Origin: a bacterium
GTDB lineage: Bacteria > Electryoneota > Electryoneia > Electryoneales > Electryoneaceae
Assembly: GCA_963669175.1 (NCBI GenBank)
Contig: OY769902.1
Span: 2,112,001-2,176,000 of the forward strand
Reading direction: 5' to 3'
Length of the DNA: 64,000 bases
The notes under the pieces were generated by a model, which was given only the letters and a program-made list of their open reading frames with translations, was not told the DNA's origin and did no database searches. The stretch's first letter is position 1. Every line of letters begins with the position of its first letter. Of the stretch, positions 19,209 to 29,026 are shown piece by piece. The position numbers and the translations under genes were made by a program.

Positions 19209-22200
19209 ATGACACGTATGAACTTTCCTTTACAGCGTGACACACTCCCCGCAGTCGTGTTGCGTAAGGCTGGACACACGGTATGCCAACACCATGCGCC
19301 ATTTTCCCCGCAATGGTTCAGAGAGGATGCTCTATGCTTCTTCCTGCTGCTTCTGTCCCTGGCCTTTGTACCCCTTGTAGTTCCCCAAACCATTCACGCA
19401 GAGACCATCGTTTCCGGCGAAGTGTCCGGTGTGTGGGACACAGACGGCTCGCCTTACCTGGTTACCGACACTTTAATTGTCGCTGAAGGGGACACTCTCC
19501 TGATCGAGCCGGGTGTGACGGTTGAATTTCAGGATCAGGACAGTACCAACCAGACTCCTTTCATTATTTATGGTGTTATCAGTGCTCAAGGTTCTCTTGA
19601 GGATTCCATTTCGTTTTTATCAGGAGAATACCCTTTCTATGGATTTTTAACGCCTCAAAATTATAGCGATGCTTCCATTTATCTGGAATATTGCATCATT
19701 GATCGTGCGTTTTATCCGATTGATGTGCATATTATTCAGGGTGTTACACTGCAGCATTGTCGAATTTTGTCAAGTGAAACTGTTTTAAACAATCATTCAA
19801 CGTCAAATATCATAGAGTATTGTACAATTAATAGCTATGACGGAACTGTACCAACTGTATCGTTACATCAAACCGTTAATTCTCGTATTGAAAATAATCG
19901 AGGTGATTTGGAACTCAATATCGTGAGCGGTACAGTAGAGCCAATTATGGGGAATACGATCCGGTCATTATTGTACTTTGCGCCTTACGTGGTACTGTAT
20001 GATAATACATTCAGTAATCAAGTTAATTTTACCAATACAGAAGTAGAGGTGTATAATAATATATTTTCTTCCACAGTTTCATTTAATATATCTAGCGGTA
20101 ATGCATATAATAACACATTTAATGTTATATATATATATCAGGATAACAATTTATATCTATATGATAATTATATTTATAGTGAAAGTAATACGAATATTAT
20201 ATTGTTAGATGAATCAGATACTGTCATATTTCGTAATAATATAATTAGAGGAAATGGAAATGGCGTAGATATGGATGATTGTTCTTGTGTGAGGTTTGTA
20301 AACAATACTTTCGAATTTGGTACACGCATACTACGGCAGGATAATTCTACAAATGTTGTAATCAACCATAATATATTTACTGGTGATCGTGTTGATTGTA
20401 CAGGATATGTTCTTTTTAGCGGTGATGAACCTGACAGTCTGGCTTATAACTGCTTTTACAACCTTTCTGCGAATGTTTCGGGAATAGAACTGAATGAAAC
20501 GAACCAGGAAGAGAATCCATGCTTCGCAGGTGGCAATCCCTTTGACTACCATTTGCAGGCGAATAGTCCCTGCATTGATGCCGGTGACCCCAACAGCCCG
20601 GACGATCCTGACGGTACACGTGCGGATATAGGCTGCTACTACTACGACCAGTCCATCGACAACCCGCCGGTGCAGACCATCCCCGAAGAAATCATCGCGC
20701 AAACCGGGCAAATGCTCCGTATCCAAATCACTGCCACCGATGACAACGGCCCCTTCAGTTTCACGTTCCCGGACCTGCCGGAATGGCTCAGTGAAGAAGA
20801 TGAGCTTGATTGGGTGAGCGATACGACAGCCGTATCGGGAACCGTCCCCGAAGAGGAGGAAGATTTCAGTTTCACGGTGATCGTGGAAGATGGTGAAGGA
20901 CAGACAGACTCGTCGATTGTGTTTATCAACGTGGATCACAGAACCCTGTTAAGTGGCGAGATTAGTGGTGTGCTTCATGTTGAGAACAGCCCGTTTTATG
21001 TGGTGGAGGATATCATCGTCCCCGAAGGCGACAGCCTGATCATCGAACCGGGGTGTGAACTGCAATTCAGGTGTTTTCAGGATGAAGAGCAGTTCATTCA
21101 GTTTGAGTGCAATGGGACACTAATTGCGGAAGGTACGGAAACAGATAGCATTTACTTTCATGATGATCAGCAGGATGAATGGGATGAGGGTTGGTATGGT
21201 ACCCAACTGTATAGTACACAGGATACAACTCGATTGGCATACTGCGTCTTCGAAAACTCAAAACAGGGAATCAGTATCTGGCCCAATGTTCCTATTACCA
21301 TCAAACATTCTCGATTTTATCATACCCCTTCGTATGCAATCAGATGCGCTCCAGGTTCGTTTATGATACTTGATTCCAGTGTTATTATTCAAGAAGATCC
21401 ATCTTACTACTCAGTGAAAGTTGCAACTGCAAATGCAATAATCACAAATTCAACTTTCATATATAACTATGCCTTACCATATAATTATCTTGTTATTCCG
21501 CTCTATGTAAACGAATCAAGTTCTGTTCGCTTAATCAATTGTTCTTTTGATGGAGGGTTCCGCACCAATATTGTGTCAAACTCAACAGCTGAAATCCGAG
21601 GATGTACGTATCGTGACATGCGGCATGGGGTTATCGTTTCTACTGGTTCGACAGCACAAATAACTAATTGCCTTTTCGAACGAATCGGTCGACAGGAATA
21701 TGGCGAGGCTGCTATCAGCACATGGCGGTTACCTACTGAAATTGCTAACAATGTCTTTCACAATTGTCGCATTGGTGTCCAATTCTATGCGCCATCAAAC
21801 AACGATACAATTCCTGTTATTTACAACAATCTTTTCCTGGATAACAATGTGGGTCTTTTCTCCGAGGATGAACCTTCTGAACTACCCTGGACGCAGTACA
21901 ACTGCTTCTTTGGAAACGACACCTTGACGTGGCAATGTGATATCAGCGACTCGAACCTATTCTGCAACCCGATTATAGAAGATACCTTAACATACTATTT
22001 ATATGACAATTCGTGTCTTATCGACGCAGGGAATCCTGACACGCGGTACAACGATATTGACAGTACTTGGAATGATATTGGCCTTTGGGGCGGACCGTAT
22101 GGCTTATCCTATACCTATCCATTGATAGTTCAGGAAGACATCTCCCTGCTGCCTTCCAAGTTTGAGATTGTATCTTTGTATCCCAATCCCTTCAATTCGC

Positions 22201-22418
22201 AACAACAACTCAACTTCACTCTCCCAAAAGTTGGATCAGTTAGACTGATTCTATACAACATTCTGGGACAACCTGTTTTGCAGATAGACTGGAATCAACT
22301 TCACCCCGGTTTTCACAGTAAATCCTATGATGCCTCAAGTTTAGCTTCAGGCATTTATTTCATTCACCTGCAAACAGGAAAGGAAGTAAGAATCCGTAAA
22401 GTCGTATTAGTGAAGTAA
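19209..22418 (+). CDS. Secreted right-handed parallel beta-helix repeat protein with C-terminal sorting domain (paralogue 2)
   Basis: AAGGAG RBS; same architecture as paralogue 1, with a near-identical central ~185-aa block. Confidence 0.9.
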   Translation: MTRMNFPLQRDTLPAVVLRKAGHTVCQHHAPFSPQWFREDALCFFLLLLSLAFVPLVVPQTIHAETIVSGEVSGVWDTDGSPYLVTDTLIVAEGDTLLIEPGVTVEFQDQDSTNQTPFIIYGVISAQGSLEDSISFLSGEYPFYGFLTPQNYSDASIYLEYCIIDRAFYPIDVHIIQGVTLQHCRILSSETVLNNHSTSNIIEYCTINSYDGTVPTVSLHQTVNSRIENNRGDLELNIVSGTVEPIMGNTIRSLLYFAPYVVLYDNTFSNQVNFTNTEVEVYNNIFSSTVSFNISSGNAYNNTFNVIYIYQDNNLYLYDNYIYSESNTNIILLDESDTVIFRNNIIRGNGNGVDMDDCSCVRFVNNTFEFGTRILRQDNSTNVVINHNIFTGDRVDCTGYVLFSGDEPDSLAYNCFYNLSANVSGIELNETNQEENPCFAGGNPFDYHLQANSPCIDAGDPNSPDDPDGTRADIGCYYYDQSIDNPPVQTIPEEIIAQTGQMLRIQITATDDNGPFSFTFPDLPEWLSEEDELDWVSDTTAVSGTVPEEEEDFSFTVIVEDGEGQTDSSIVFINVDHRTLLSGEISGVLHVENSPFYVVEDIIVPEGDSLIIEPGCELQFRCFQDEEQFIQFECNGTLIAEGTETDSIYFHDDQQDEWDEGWYGTQLYSTQDTTRLAYCVFENSKQGISIWPNVPITIKHSRFYHTPSYAIRCAPGSFMILDSSVIIQEDPSYYSVKVATANAIITNSTFIYNYALPYNYLVIPLYVNESSSVRLINCSFDGGFRTNIVSNSTAEIRGCTYRDMRHGVIVSTGSTAQITNCLFERIGRQEYGEAAISTWRLPTEIANNVFHNCRIGVQFYAPSNNDTIPVIYNNLFLDNNVGLFSEDEPSELPWTQYNCFFGNDTLTWQCDISDSNLFCNPIIEDTLTYYLYDNSCLIDAGNPDTRYNDIDSTWNDIGLWGGPYGLSYTYPLIVQEDISLLPSKFEIVSLYPNPFNSQQQLNFTLPKVGSVRLILYNILGQPVLQIDWNQLHPGFHSKSYDASSLASGIYFIHLQTGKEVRIRKVVLVK

Positions 22419-22420
22419 CA

Positions 22421-22622
22421 GAAACTAGGGACAGACGGTAGTTTTTGTCCTTGTAACATATTGTATTAGCTTTTGTTGAAAATAGTCACCATCATCCCCT
22501 GGATTTTCTGAAATTTTTACCCTTCTCTTTTTTGCCTAGAAACTAGGGACAGACGGTAGTTTTTATACAAGCAATACTATACCAGGAGGTACACTCGTAA
22601 AAACAGCCATCAGTCCCCGGTT
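22421..22622. repeat. Two ~85-bp units, each opened by GAAACTAGGGACAGACGGTAGTTTTT and closed by a degenerate inverted copy
   Basis: 26-bp identity at 22421 and 22539; inverted ends ...CACCATCATCCCCTGG and AAAACAGCCATCAGTCCCCGGTT. Confidence 0.8.
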
Positions 22623-22923
22623 GCGCTAGTTTCAGTTTCCGGACAAAGGAGTTGTCTTTGTCATCGTTGTGGTTGGGGTGTCACTATCCAGGGCATAGGC
22701 TTTCTGATGTAGCTGAGACATGGCAAGCAGTACTGTACCAGCAGGCGAAAGCTGGCTATCCTTGCCGGGGCGGGCAGTTTCGGGAATGGAGGTCAAAAAG
22801 TGTCCAGATATCTGAATATTGTATATATTTGTAATTATATAGGTTATATTCTCTGAGAAGAGTGGCCTGAAGGTTGCACCTATCCTTTAAGAATTTTTCC
22901 AGCAGGCCAGCACTGATTGCCCT

Positions 22924-25617
22924 ATGGCGAGACGATACGACATAGTAGGTTGGCTTACCGGCAACATGATGGGAGGGATGTTGCTCCTGATGTTGCTGGC
23001 ATTTCCTCTCTCTGCGCAAGACGTTGATTTTCCCGACGACAACGAAGTTCAACAGCAGCTTCAACTTACTCCGGCCTCCATTCGTCATATTCCATTACAA
23101 TCCACAGAATCGGGTAAGCCGTTTCTGCTAACTGCGCGGCTCATGGGAAATGTATATGTCGATGAGGTTGCTGAAGCGCGTGTCTGGTACTGTGAGTATG
23201 GCAGCGAATACTATGATTTCGTGGACATGTATCCCATTTCTCGTGAGTATTCAGCGTATATCCCGTTGGACCAACTGGCGGCAGAACGGATTGAGTACTT
23301 CATTGAATTTGTCATGGTTGACGGTTCAACGATCACTTACCCCGCGCTCGATCCCGATATCAACCCGGTGGTCGTTGTTGTGGAAGGCGCTTTGGGGGCG
23401 GGAGAAGTAACTCCGCCACTGGTGGTATTGAGTCCGGATAGGGGATCAATCTGGCGGGATAATGAAGTTCAGCTTGTGGTTTCTCTGAACCAGAATGTCC
23501 GTCTGATGAATGCCAGCACAATCCGGGTTAAGGTTGACGGACGTGATCGGACAGGCAGCATGCACATTACCAATGATTTAATCATCGGTACATTGACCAG
23601 ATTGAAAGATGGTCCGCACACGGTTGGTATCTATCTCGCCAACAGTGACGGGTATGAGCTGATTGAGGAATGGACGTTCAGGATCATCCTGCCTAAAATC
23701 ATCGCCTCAAGGCAGCAGGAATACCTCCATGGTGATGTACATTTCTCCGGTGTTACGCAGAATGTGAATGATGAGGCCCTGTCGGTAGGGCAGGAAACCA
23801 TACGTTTGCGTGGTAACTACAAAAAACTGTCCTACGAAGTAAAAGGGCGCTTCTCCAGCCAGGAAAACAAGACGCTTCAACCTCAGCACAACTATATGGC
23901 TACAGTCGCCACACCGCATGCACGTATCAAGGTCGGCGATATCAATCCGCACTATAACCGCCTGGTTCTGTATGGACGTCGCGTGCGTGGGGTTGAAATG
24001 CAGTTTGACTTCAAGTATTTCAAGATGCAGTTGATTCACGGTGATATGCGTCGGGCGGTGGATTCGCGAGTGTTGCGAGTTGATTCTACGCTCGTTGATG
24101 ATGATCCGTTAAATCCCTTCTACGAAGTAGATTCGACTTATCAGCGTGGCACTTATCGTCGTTGGGTCAACGCCATGCATTACAGCCTGGGTAAACCGGA
24201 TGTTTTGATGATGGGGTTTACCCTGATGAAGGTGAAGGATGATATTCATTCGATAAAAAATGGTCCCGCCGGACAGGACAACCTTGTATCCGGGTATGAT
24301 GTGCAGTTCTTCCTTGATAAAAAACGTGTCAGTCTTTCAATCGAGACGGGCTTCTCGCTGTACAATGCCGATATCCGTCCCGGTGCTATGGCTGAGTATA
24401 ATGATTACGCTAAATATATCGTGATCAACCAGTATTTCTCCCCGTTGCCCTCAGATTCCAGCGGCAATATGAGCGATGTATTAAAATCAATGATGGACCA
24501 GTCTTTCTCCTACCGTACCGAATTACGTCTGCAATATTATAATAATGACTTGCGTTTCGGGATCAGGAAGATCAACCGTGCATACCGTTCTCTGGGTGTA
24601 TCAGGGCTATTGTATGACACGCAAGGGTATTCCATCCGAGATCGTATTCGCCTGTTCCGTGGATTCCTGCATTTGAATCTCGGCTATGAAGGGCGTCATG
24701 ACAATGTACTCGGCAAGTCTGAGGTGACGACTTCAAACAACAGGGTCGAGTTCGGGATTGGTTGTCGTCCCTTCTGGATCGTACCTACCACACAGTTTAC
24801 CTACAGACGTGTGCTCAATGAGAACGATGGAAAAAGGAAAACCCTGGTAAGCGGCGATTTGCTGACTAATCCAATCTATACGGTTATCGACCAACGCCTG
24901 CACAATATGACCAACACTTACTCACTGTTGATGACCAAACGGTTGTTCTGGCTGGATTTGGAGCATGATCTGTCCTGGAATATGACTCTGTCCAGGCGTG
25001 ATGACGATTACAATTCCTATGGTGAAGCGGACCAGCAACTGTACAATCTGTCCGCGAATACGTATTACCCGGGCGGAATCAGCAGCAATTTCTACTTTGC
25101 TTCTGCGCATCAAGCCATTGGCGATGGACTCACTGATTTCAGATCCAAGACAATCAGCGCACGTGTCGAATATTCCATGTTGAATGGGAATTTGCTGCCC
25201 TTTGTCAGCACGTCGTTGAACTTCGGGAAAGGCGATCTACAGCACTCAACCATGTCACCCGAAGATCAGTACCAGGTGTCCGGTGCGGATATGACTGATC
25301 CGGACGTTATCGCTGCTATTGATACGTTGACCCTGACCACTGTGAGAAAATCGCTGATGGATGTGGTGATGATTGACTATACCATCGGTACGAGCTGGGA
25401 ATTCATGCTGAACCACCGGATTAGCGCCAGCCTCGGATTTGTCCATTACCTGGATCAAACCCAGATCGAATACTGGAATGGTGCAAGCTACCCTAATGAC
25501 CAGGTCTGGGTCACCAACTCCAGCGAGACCCTGCACATGACCTTCCAACAGCCCGGCGCGGTGCGTGGGCAAAGAAATGACTATACTGCACGGATCACGT
25601 ATAGCTATAGGTTCTGA
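22924..25617 (+). CDS. Large outer-membrane protein (Ig-like N-terminal domains plus predicted beta-barrel)
   Basis: Signal peptide; alternating amphipathic strands in the C-terminal two thirds; terminal beta-signal ...ARITYSYRF. Confidence 0.78.
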   Translation: MARRYDIVGWLTGNMMGGMLLLMLLAFPLSAQDVDFPDDNEVQQQLQLTPASIRHIPLQSTESGKPFLLTARLMGNVYVDEVAEARVWYCEYGSEYYDFVDMYPISREYSAYIPLDQLAAERIEYFIEFVMVDGSTITYPALDPDINPVVVVVEGALGAGEVTPPLVVLSPDRGSIWRDNEVQLVVSLNQNVRLMNASTIRVKVDGRDRTGSMHITNDLIIGTLTRLKDGPHTVGIYLANSDGYELIEEWTFRIILPKIIASRQQEYLHGDVHFSGVTQNVNDEALSVGQETIRLRGNYKKLSYEVKGRFSSQENKTLQPQHNYMATVATPHARIKVGDINPHYNRLVLYGRRVRGVEMQFDFKYFKMQLIHGDMRRAVDSRVLRVDSTLVDDDPLNPFYEVDSTYQRGTYRRWVNAMHYSLGKPDVLMMGFTLMKVKDDIHSIKNGPAGQDNLVSGYDVQFFLDKKRVSLSIETGFSLYNADIRPGAMAEYNDYAKYIVINQYFSPLPSDSSGNMSDVLKSMMDQSFSYRTELRLQYYNNDLRFGIRKINRAYRSLGVSGLLYDTQGYSIRDRIRLFRGFLHLNLGYEGRHDNVLGKSEVTTSNNRVEFGIGCRPFWIVPTTQFTYRRVLNENDGKRKTLVSGDLLTNPIYTVIDQRLHNMTNTYSLLMTKRLFWLDLEHDLSWNMTLSRRDDDYNSYGEADQQLYNLSANTYYPGGISSNFYFASAHQAIGDGLTDFRSKTISARVEYSMLNGNLLPFVSTSLNFGKGDLQHSTMSPEDQYQVSGADMTDPDVIAAIDTLTLTTVRKSLMDVVMIDYTIGTSWEFMLNHRISASLGFVHYLDQTQIEYWNGASYPNDQVWVTNSSETLHMTFQQPGAVRGQRNDYTARITYSYRF

Positions 25618-25986
25618 TGACTCAAGTAGAATTTACAGGATGAACAGGATGAGAAGGATAGTCAGGATAAACGGCGCTGTTTATTTCCTGTGATTTTATG
25701 AAGTGCGCCGATTTCATCCTCATCCCCAGAGAGATATCCTACTTCTTTCTTGAGCGCAGGCGGAAACTATACGGGAAGGGGCCAGTTTCCCTTTTCACAG
25801 GTTCAGCATGAGTAATTTCGTGTGATCGCGAGGAAAAGGATTCAGTCCTCTTATATCGGCAATCTCATCATAACAGAATAAAATCGAGAATAGCTCTACT
25901 AACGAGAAAGTGCTATTGATATCAATCGCCAATAGAGTCTAAGGGGATATATAGTCTGCTTTCTTATTCTTTTTGAGACGCGAATA

Positions 25987-26015
25987 TTGATTTTTAGTTT
26001 GAACGTTTGTATACT
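25987..26015 (+). promoter_or_regulatory. Sigma70-type promoter upstream of the NYN gene
   Basis: TTGATT-17 bp-TATACT. Confidence 0.65.
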
Positions 26016-26021
26016 ATTTGT

Positions 26022-26129
26022 AGAAATCAACCCAGCCGGTTGTGCCCCCTACCCCGAACTTTGGTTCGTAGCGTGGGGATTAGCCATCCGGCAAGTTTCG
26101 GGGTAGCGAGAGCTACCCCATTTTATTTT
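26022..26129 (+). ncRNA. Structured leader/small RNA with terminator and competing anti-terminator
   Basis: Terminator GGGGTAGC-GAGA-GCTACCCC-ATTTTATTTT (26100-26129); CTACCCCGAACTT (26049-26061) is complementary to AAGTTTCGGGGTAG (26093-26106). Confidence 0.55.
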
Positions 26130-26139
26130 GGAGGTTGAA

Positions 26140-26859
26140 TTGAAACGCGCAAATTTCTACATCGACGGTTACAACCTCTATCATGGTATCTGTGCTGCAA
26201 AAGATAAAACGCTTCTCTGGCTGGACCTTTTTGCAATGTGTAAGGCAGCCTTGGGCCCAAATGAAAAGCTACATCGTTTGTATTTCTTCACTTCTTTACC
26301 TGCTTCGCATTTACCCAGTTATCATCGTCATATCTCATTCATGAATCTACTGATCAATCTTGACCAGGAAAATCAATTAACAATTATCCATGGTAGGCAA
26401 GGCAAGGCAGAAAGAAGATGCAGGCGAGTTGAATGCAATGGGAAGTTTGCGAGATTTACGGAAGAGAAAGAGATTGATGTCGCCATCGGTACTGTGATGG
26501 TGCGAGATGCTATAAAGGGTTGTGTTGATTCAATCTACTTGATTTCTGCGGATTCTGATCTAAATCCTGCGTTAAAGATCATTTCCGAGGAAGACCAAAA
26601 AATAAAGATAAGTGTATTATGTCCACCCTTCAGATTTGGCAGGAATATTTACAATCAAAATGTGTCCATATCTTTTATGACACCAGCATTACTTGCGCCT
26701 TATCGTGCACCAAAACTACTATCATTTAAAACTCGCGGTACAATTCAGATGCCGGAAATCTGGGAACATGACAGTGACGTTCGACCTTACCTGCCTGAGC
26801 AACTATCATCGATTCGTTTACAGTCAAAAAAGAAGCGATACATTCCACCTGTCTGGTAA
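26140..26859 (+). CDS. NYN domain (LabA/DUF88, PIN-fold) ribonuclease
   Basis: FYIDGYNLY, EKEIDVAI and LISADSDL..A acidic catalytic motifs; TTG start 5 nt after GGAGG. Confidence 0.9.
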   Translation: MKRANFYIDGYNLYHGICAAKDKTLLWLDLFAMCKAALGPNEKLHRLYFFTSLPASHLPSYHRHISFMNLLINLDQENQLTIIHGRQGKAERRCRRVECNGKFARFTEEKEIDVAIGTVMVRDAIKGCVDSIYLISADSDLNPALKIISEEDQKIKISVLCPPFRFGRNIYNQNVSISFMTPALLAPYRAPKLLSFKTRGTIQMPEIWEHDSDVRPYLPEQLSSIRLQSKKKRYIPPVW

Positions 26860-26872
26860 ATAGATTATCATA

Positions 26873-28933
26873 TCACTTCCTCATCGGCGTCAGTCTGATC
26901 GCAATTCCTCCCCCGGTCGCATACCTGACATTCAGCGTATCCGCTGAAGTAACCTGTTGATTGTCAATGGTATAATCATACGGGTTCGTTTCCCAATCCG
27001 CATCCGGACCATCTGCATAGATTTCTGCGATATACTTTTTCCCGGGATCAAGGAAGTCAAGCGGAAGTTCAAACGAACGAGCTGTTTCATCAGTCACCCC
27101 GCCGATAAACCAGGCAGGTGTGGTGCGGTCTTTCCTTGCGATGGTTATAAAATCGCCGATTTTGCCATTGAGAACGATGGTCGTATCCCAGTCTGTAGAT
27201 ACATCCTCGATGAACTTGAAGCAGGGCTGGCCCTCATAATTCTGCGGCAGGTCGGCCGCCATATGAAGCGGGGAGTATAGGACGACATACAGCGCAAGCT
27301 GGTTGATCAGGGTACTGTTTACCCGGTTTTGGGGACGCGCTTCCGGGTAGAGAAGCTCAAAAATACCCGGTGTATAGTCCATTGGACCGCCGAGCAGACG
27401 AGTAAACGGCAGGATACAGACATGATCCGGAGGATTGCCGCCATCGCCGGACCATGCATTGAATTCCTGTCCACGAGCGCCTTCACGTGTCATCATATTG
27501 GGCCATGTCCGCCTTATTCCGGTTGGTTTAATCGGTTCATGCACATCAAGCATGATATGATACTTCGCCGCAGTTTCAACCGCTTTACGATAATGGTTTA
27601 CCATGTATTGCCCATGATGCCATTCCATGCTCAAGGTGTCACCGGTTGCCGGATCAAGACGAGCGATGCCACGACTATGCTGGACATAGCCGGATTTTAT
27701 CGTGTTGATATCGAGGCTGTGGTAAAGCGCATAGGCTTCTTCCATCTGTTTTTCATAGTTCTGAATACCTCCGCTGGTCTCATTGTGCGCGATCAGACGA
27801 ACACCTTTGGATCGGGCATAGTCAACCAGTTCATACAGGTCATAATCCGGGTAGGGATCGGTAAATGTGAACTTGTTGGCGTTCGCCATCCAGTCCCCGT
27901 CCCAGCCCTTGTTCCACCCTTCAACCAGCACACCATCGAACCCATGTTTTGCGGCAAAGTCGATGTACCGTTTCGTGTTCTCCGTAGTCGCGCCATGTTT
28001 TTCGCCGCTGCCCCATGTGGCGACATCCAGGTGCATCTCCCACCAGATTCCTACATATTTGCCCGGCTTGATCCAGGAGGTGTCCTCGATTTTACTGGGC
28101 TCGTTGCAATTCAGGATCAGGTACGAAGTTATCAAATCGCCCGCTGATTCAGCGATCTGGATCGTCCGCCAGGGGGATATGATGGGAAGCGAATTTCGGA
28201 CTTTAATACCATCAGCCCAGGGGACCAGGTCACATTCAAGCGTGTTATCGCCCTTGTTTGCCAGTGTCATACTGGCGAAGTCAGTCAACGCCGCCTCATG
28301 GAAACTGAGAAAAAGGCCGTCTACCGTTTCCATCGTTACAGGGGTATGGACTGTATCCAGCTTGCTGACCGGATCGTTTTGATAGAGGTACTCATAACGG
28401 TTCCACTGGTAGGCCGGGATATACCATGCGGAATGATCCCCGGCGAGGTGGAACTCGGTGACTTCGTCCATCAGCAGGAATTCGCCCGTCTTGTTTTGTT
28501 CAGGCAATTCATAGCGCAATGCGACGCCATCATCATACGCACGGAAATAGAAGTTCAGCTTCCAACCGGTCCTATGCTGCAACTCGACAATGAGCAGGGA
28601 GTAATCGTTGTCAATGTTGGCGACTTCACCCCAGGGCTGTGTCCAGCTCTCTTCAAACTGTTCAATCTTCGAATTCAACAGGGAAAAATCGCCGGTCAAA
28701 TCGATTTCATCAGCAAATTTTACCCCCAACCGGCTGGGAAGAATAACTTGCTTTTCGCCGTGTTTTACTGAATAGACAGGTGTCCCATCATCAAGCGTAA
28801 AGCTGATGGTATTGACTTGTTGGGGTGACTGGATGGTGATCGGTTCTGCTGCCTGAGCGACTACTCTTCCGAGCAGAACAGAGAAAGCGATCAGGAAAAC
28901 ACGAGTATACACGCTGGATAGAGACTGGAACAT
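26873..28933 (-). CDS. Glycoside hydrolase family 97 (SusB-like alpha-glucosidase)
   Basis: SWIKPGKYVGIWWEMH, LVEGWN, HNET, HEPIKPTG.RRTWPN..TREGARGQE and GPMDYTPG motifs; signal peptide. Confidence 0.96.
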   Translation of the reverse strand: MFQSLSSVYTRVFLIAFSVLLGRVVAQAAEPITIQSPQQVNTISFTLDDGTPVYSVKHGEKQVILPSRLGVKFADEIDLTGDFSLLNSKIEQFEESWTQPWGEVANIDNDYSLLIVELQHRTGWKLNFYFRAYDDGVALRYELPEQNKTGEFLLMDEVTEFHLAGDHSAWYIPAYQWNRYEYLYQNDPVSKLDTVHTPVTMETVDGLFLSFHEAALTDFASMTLANKGDNTLECDLVPWADGIKVRNSLPIISPWRTIQIAESAGDLITSYLILNCNEPSKIEDTSWIKPGKYVGIWWEMHLDVATWGSGEKHGATTENTKRYIDFAAKHGFDGVLVEGWNKGWDGDWMANANKFTFTDPYPDYDLYELVDYARSKGVRLIAHNETSGGIQNYEKQMEEAYALYHSLDINTIKSGYVQHSRGIARLDPATGDTLSMEWHHGQYMVNHYRKAVETAAKYHIMLDVHEPIKPTGIRRTWPNMMTREGARGQEFNAWSGDGGNPPDHVCILPFTRLLGGPMDYTPGIFELLYPEARPQNRVNSTLINQLALYVVLYSPLHMAADLPQNYEGQPCFKFIEDVSTDWDTTIVLNGKIGDFITIARKDRTTPAWFIGGVTDETARSFELPLDFLDPGKKYIAEIYADGPDADWETNPYDYTIDNQQVTSADTLNVRYATGGGIAIRLTPMRK

Positions 28934-29026
28934 GGTCGGTTACCGGTATGGTTGACGAATAAAAACAATGTACTGAAGGCAGGGTAATTTCACCAGAAGC
29001 GGGTTGTAAGAAACGGCTTGTCAGGA

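Noticed and set aside
15507-22418. Diversity-generating retroelement TR/VR pair
   Set aside because: No reverse transcriptase in the window, and differences in the shared block are mostly synonymous, not adenine-specific.
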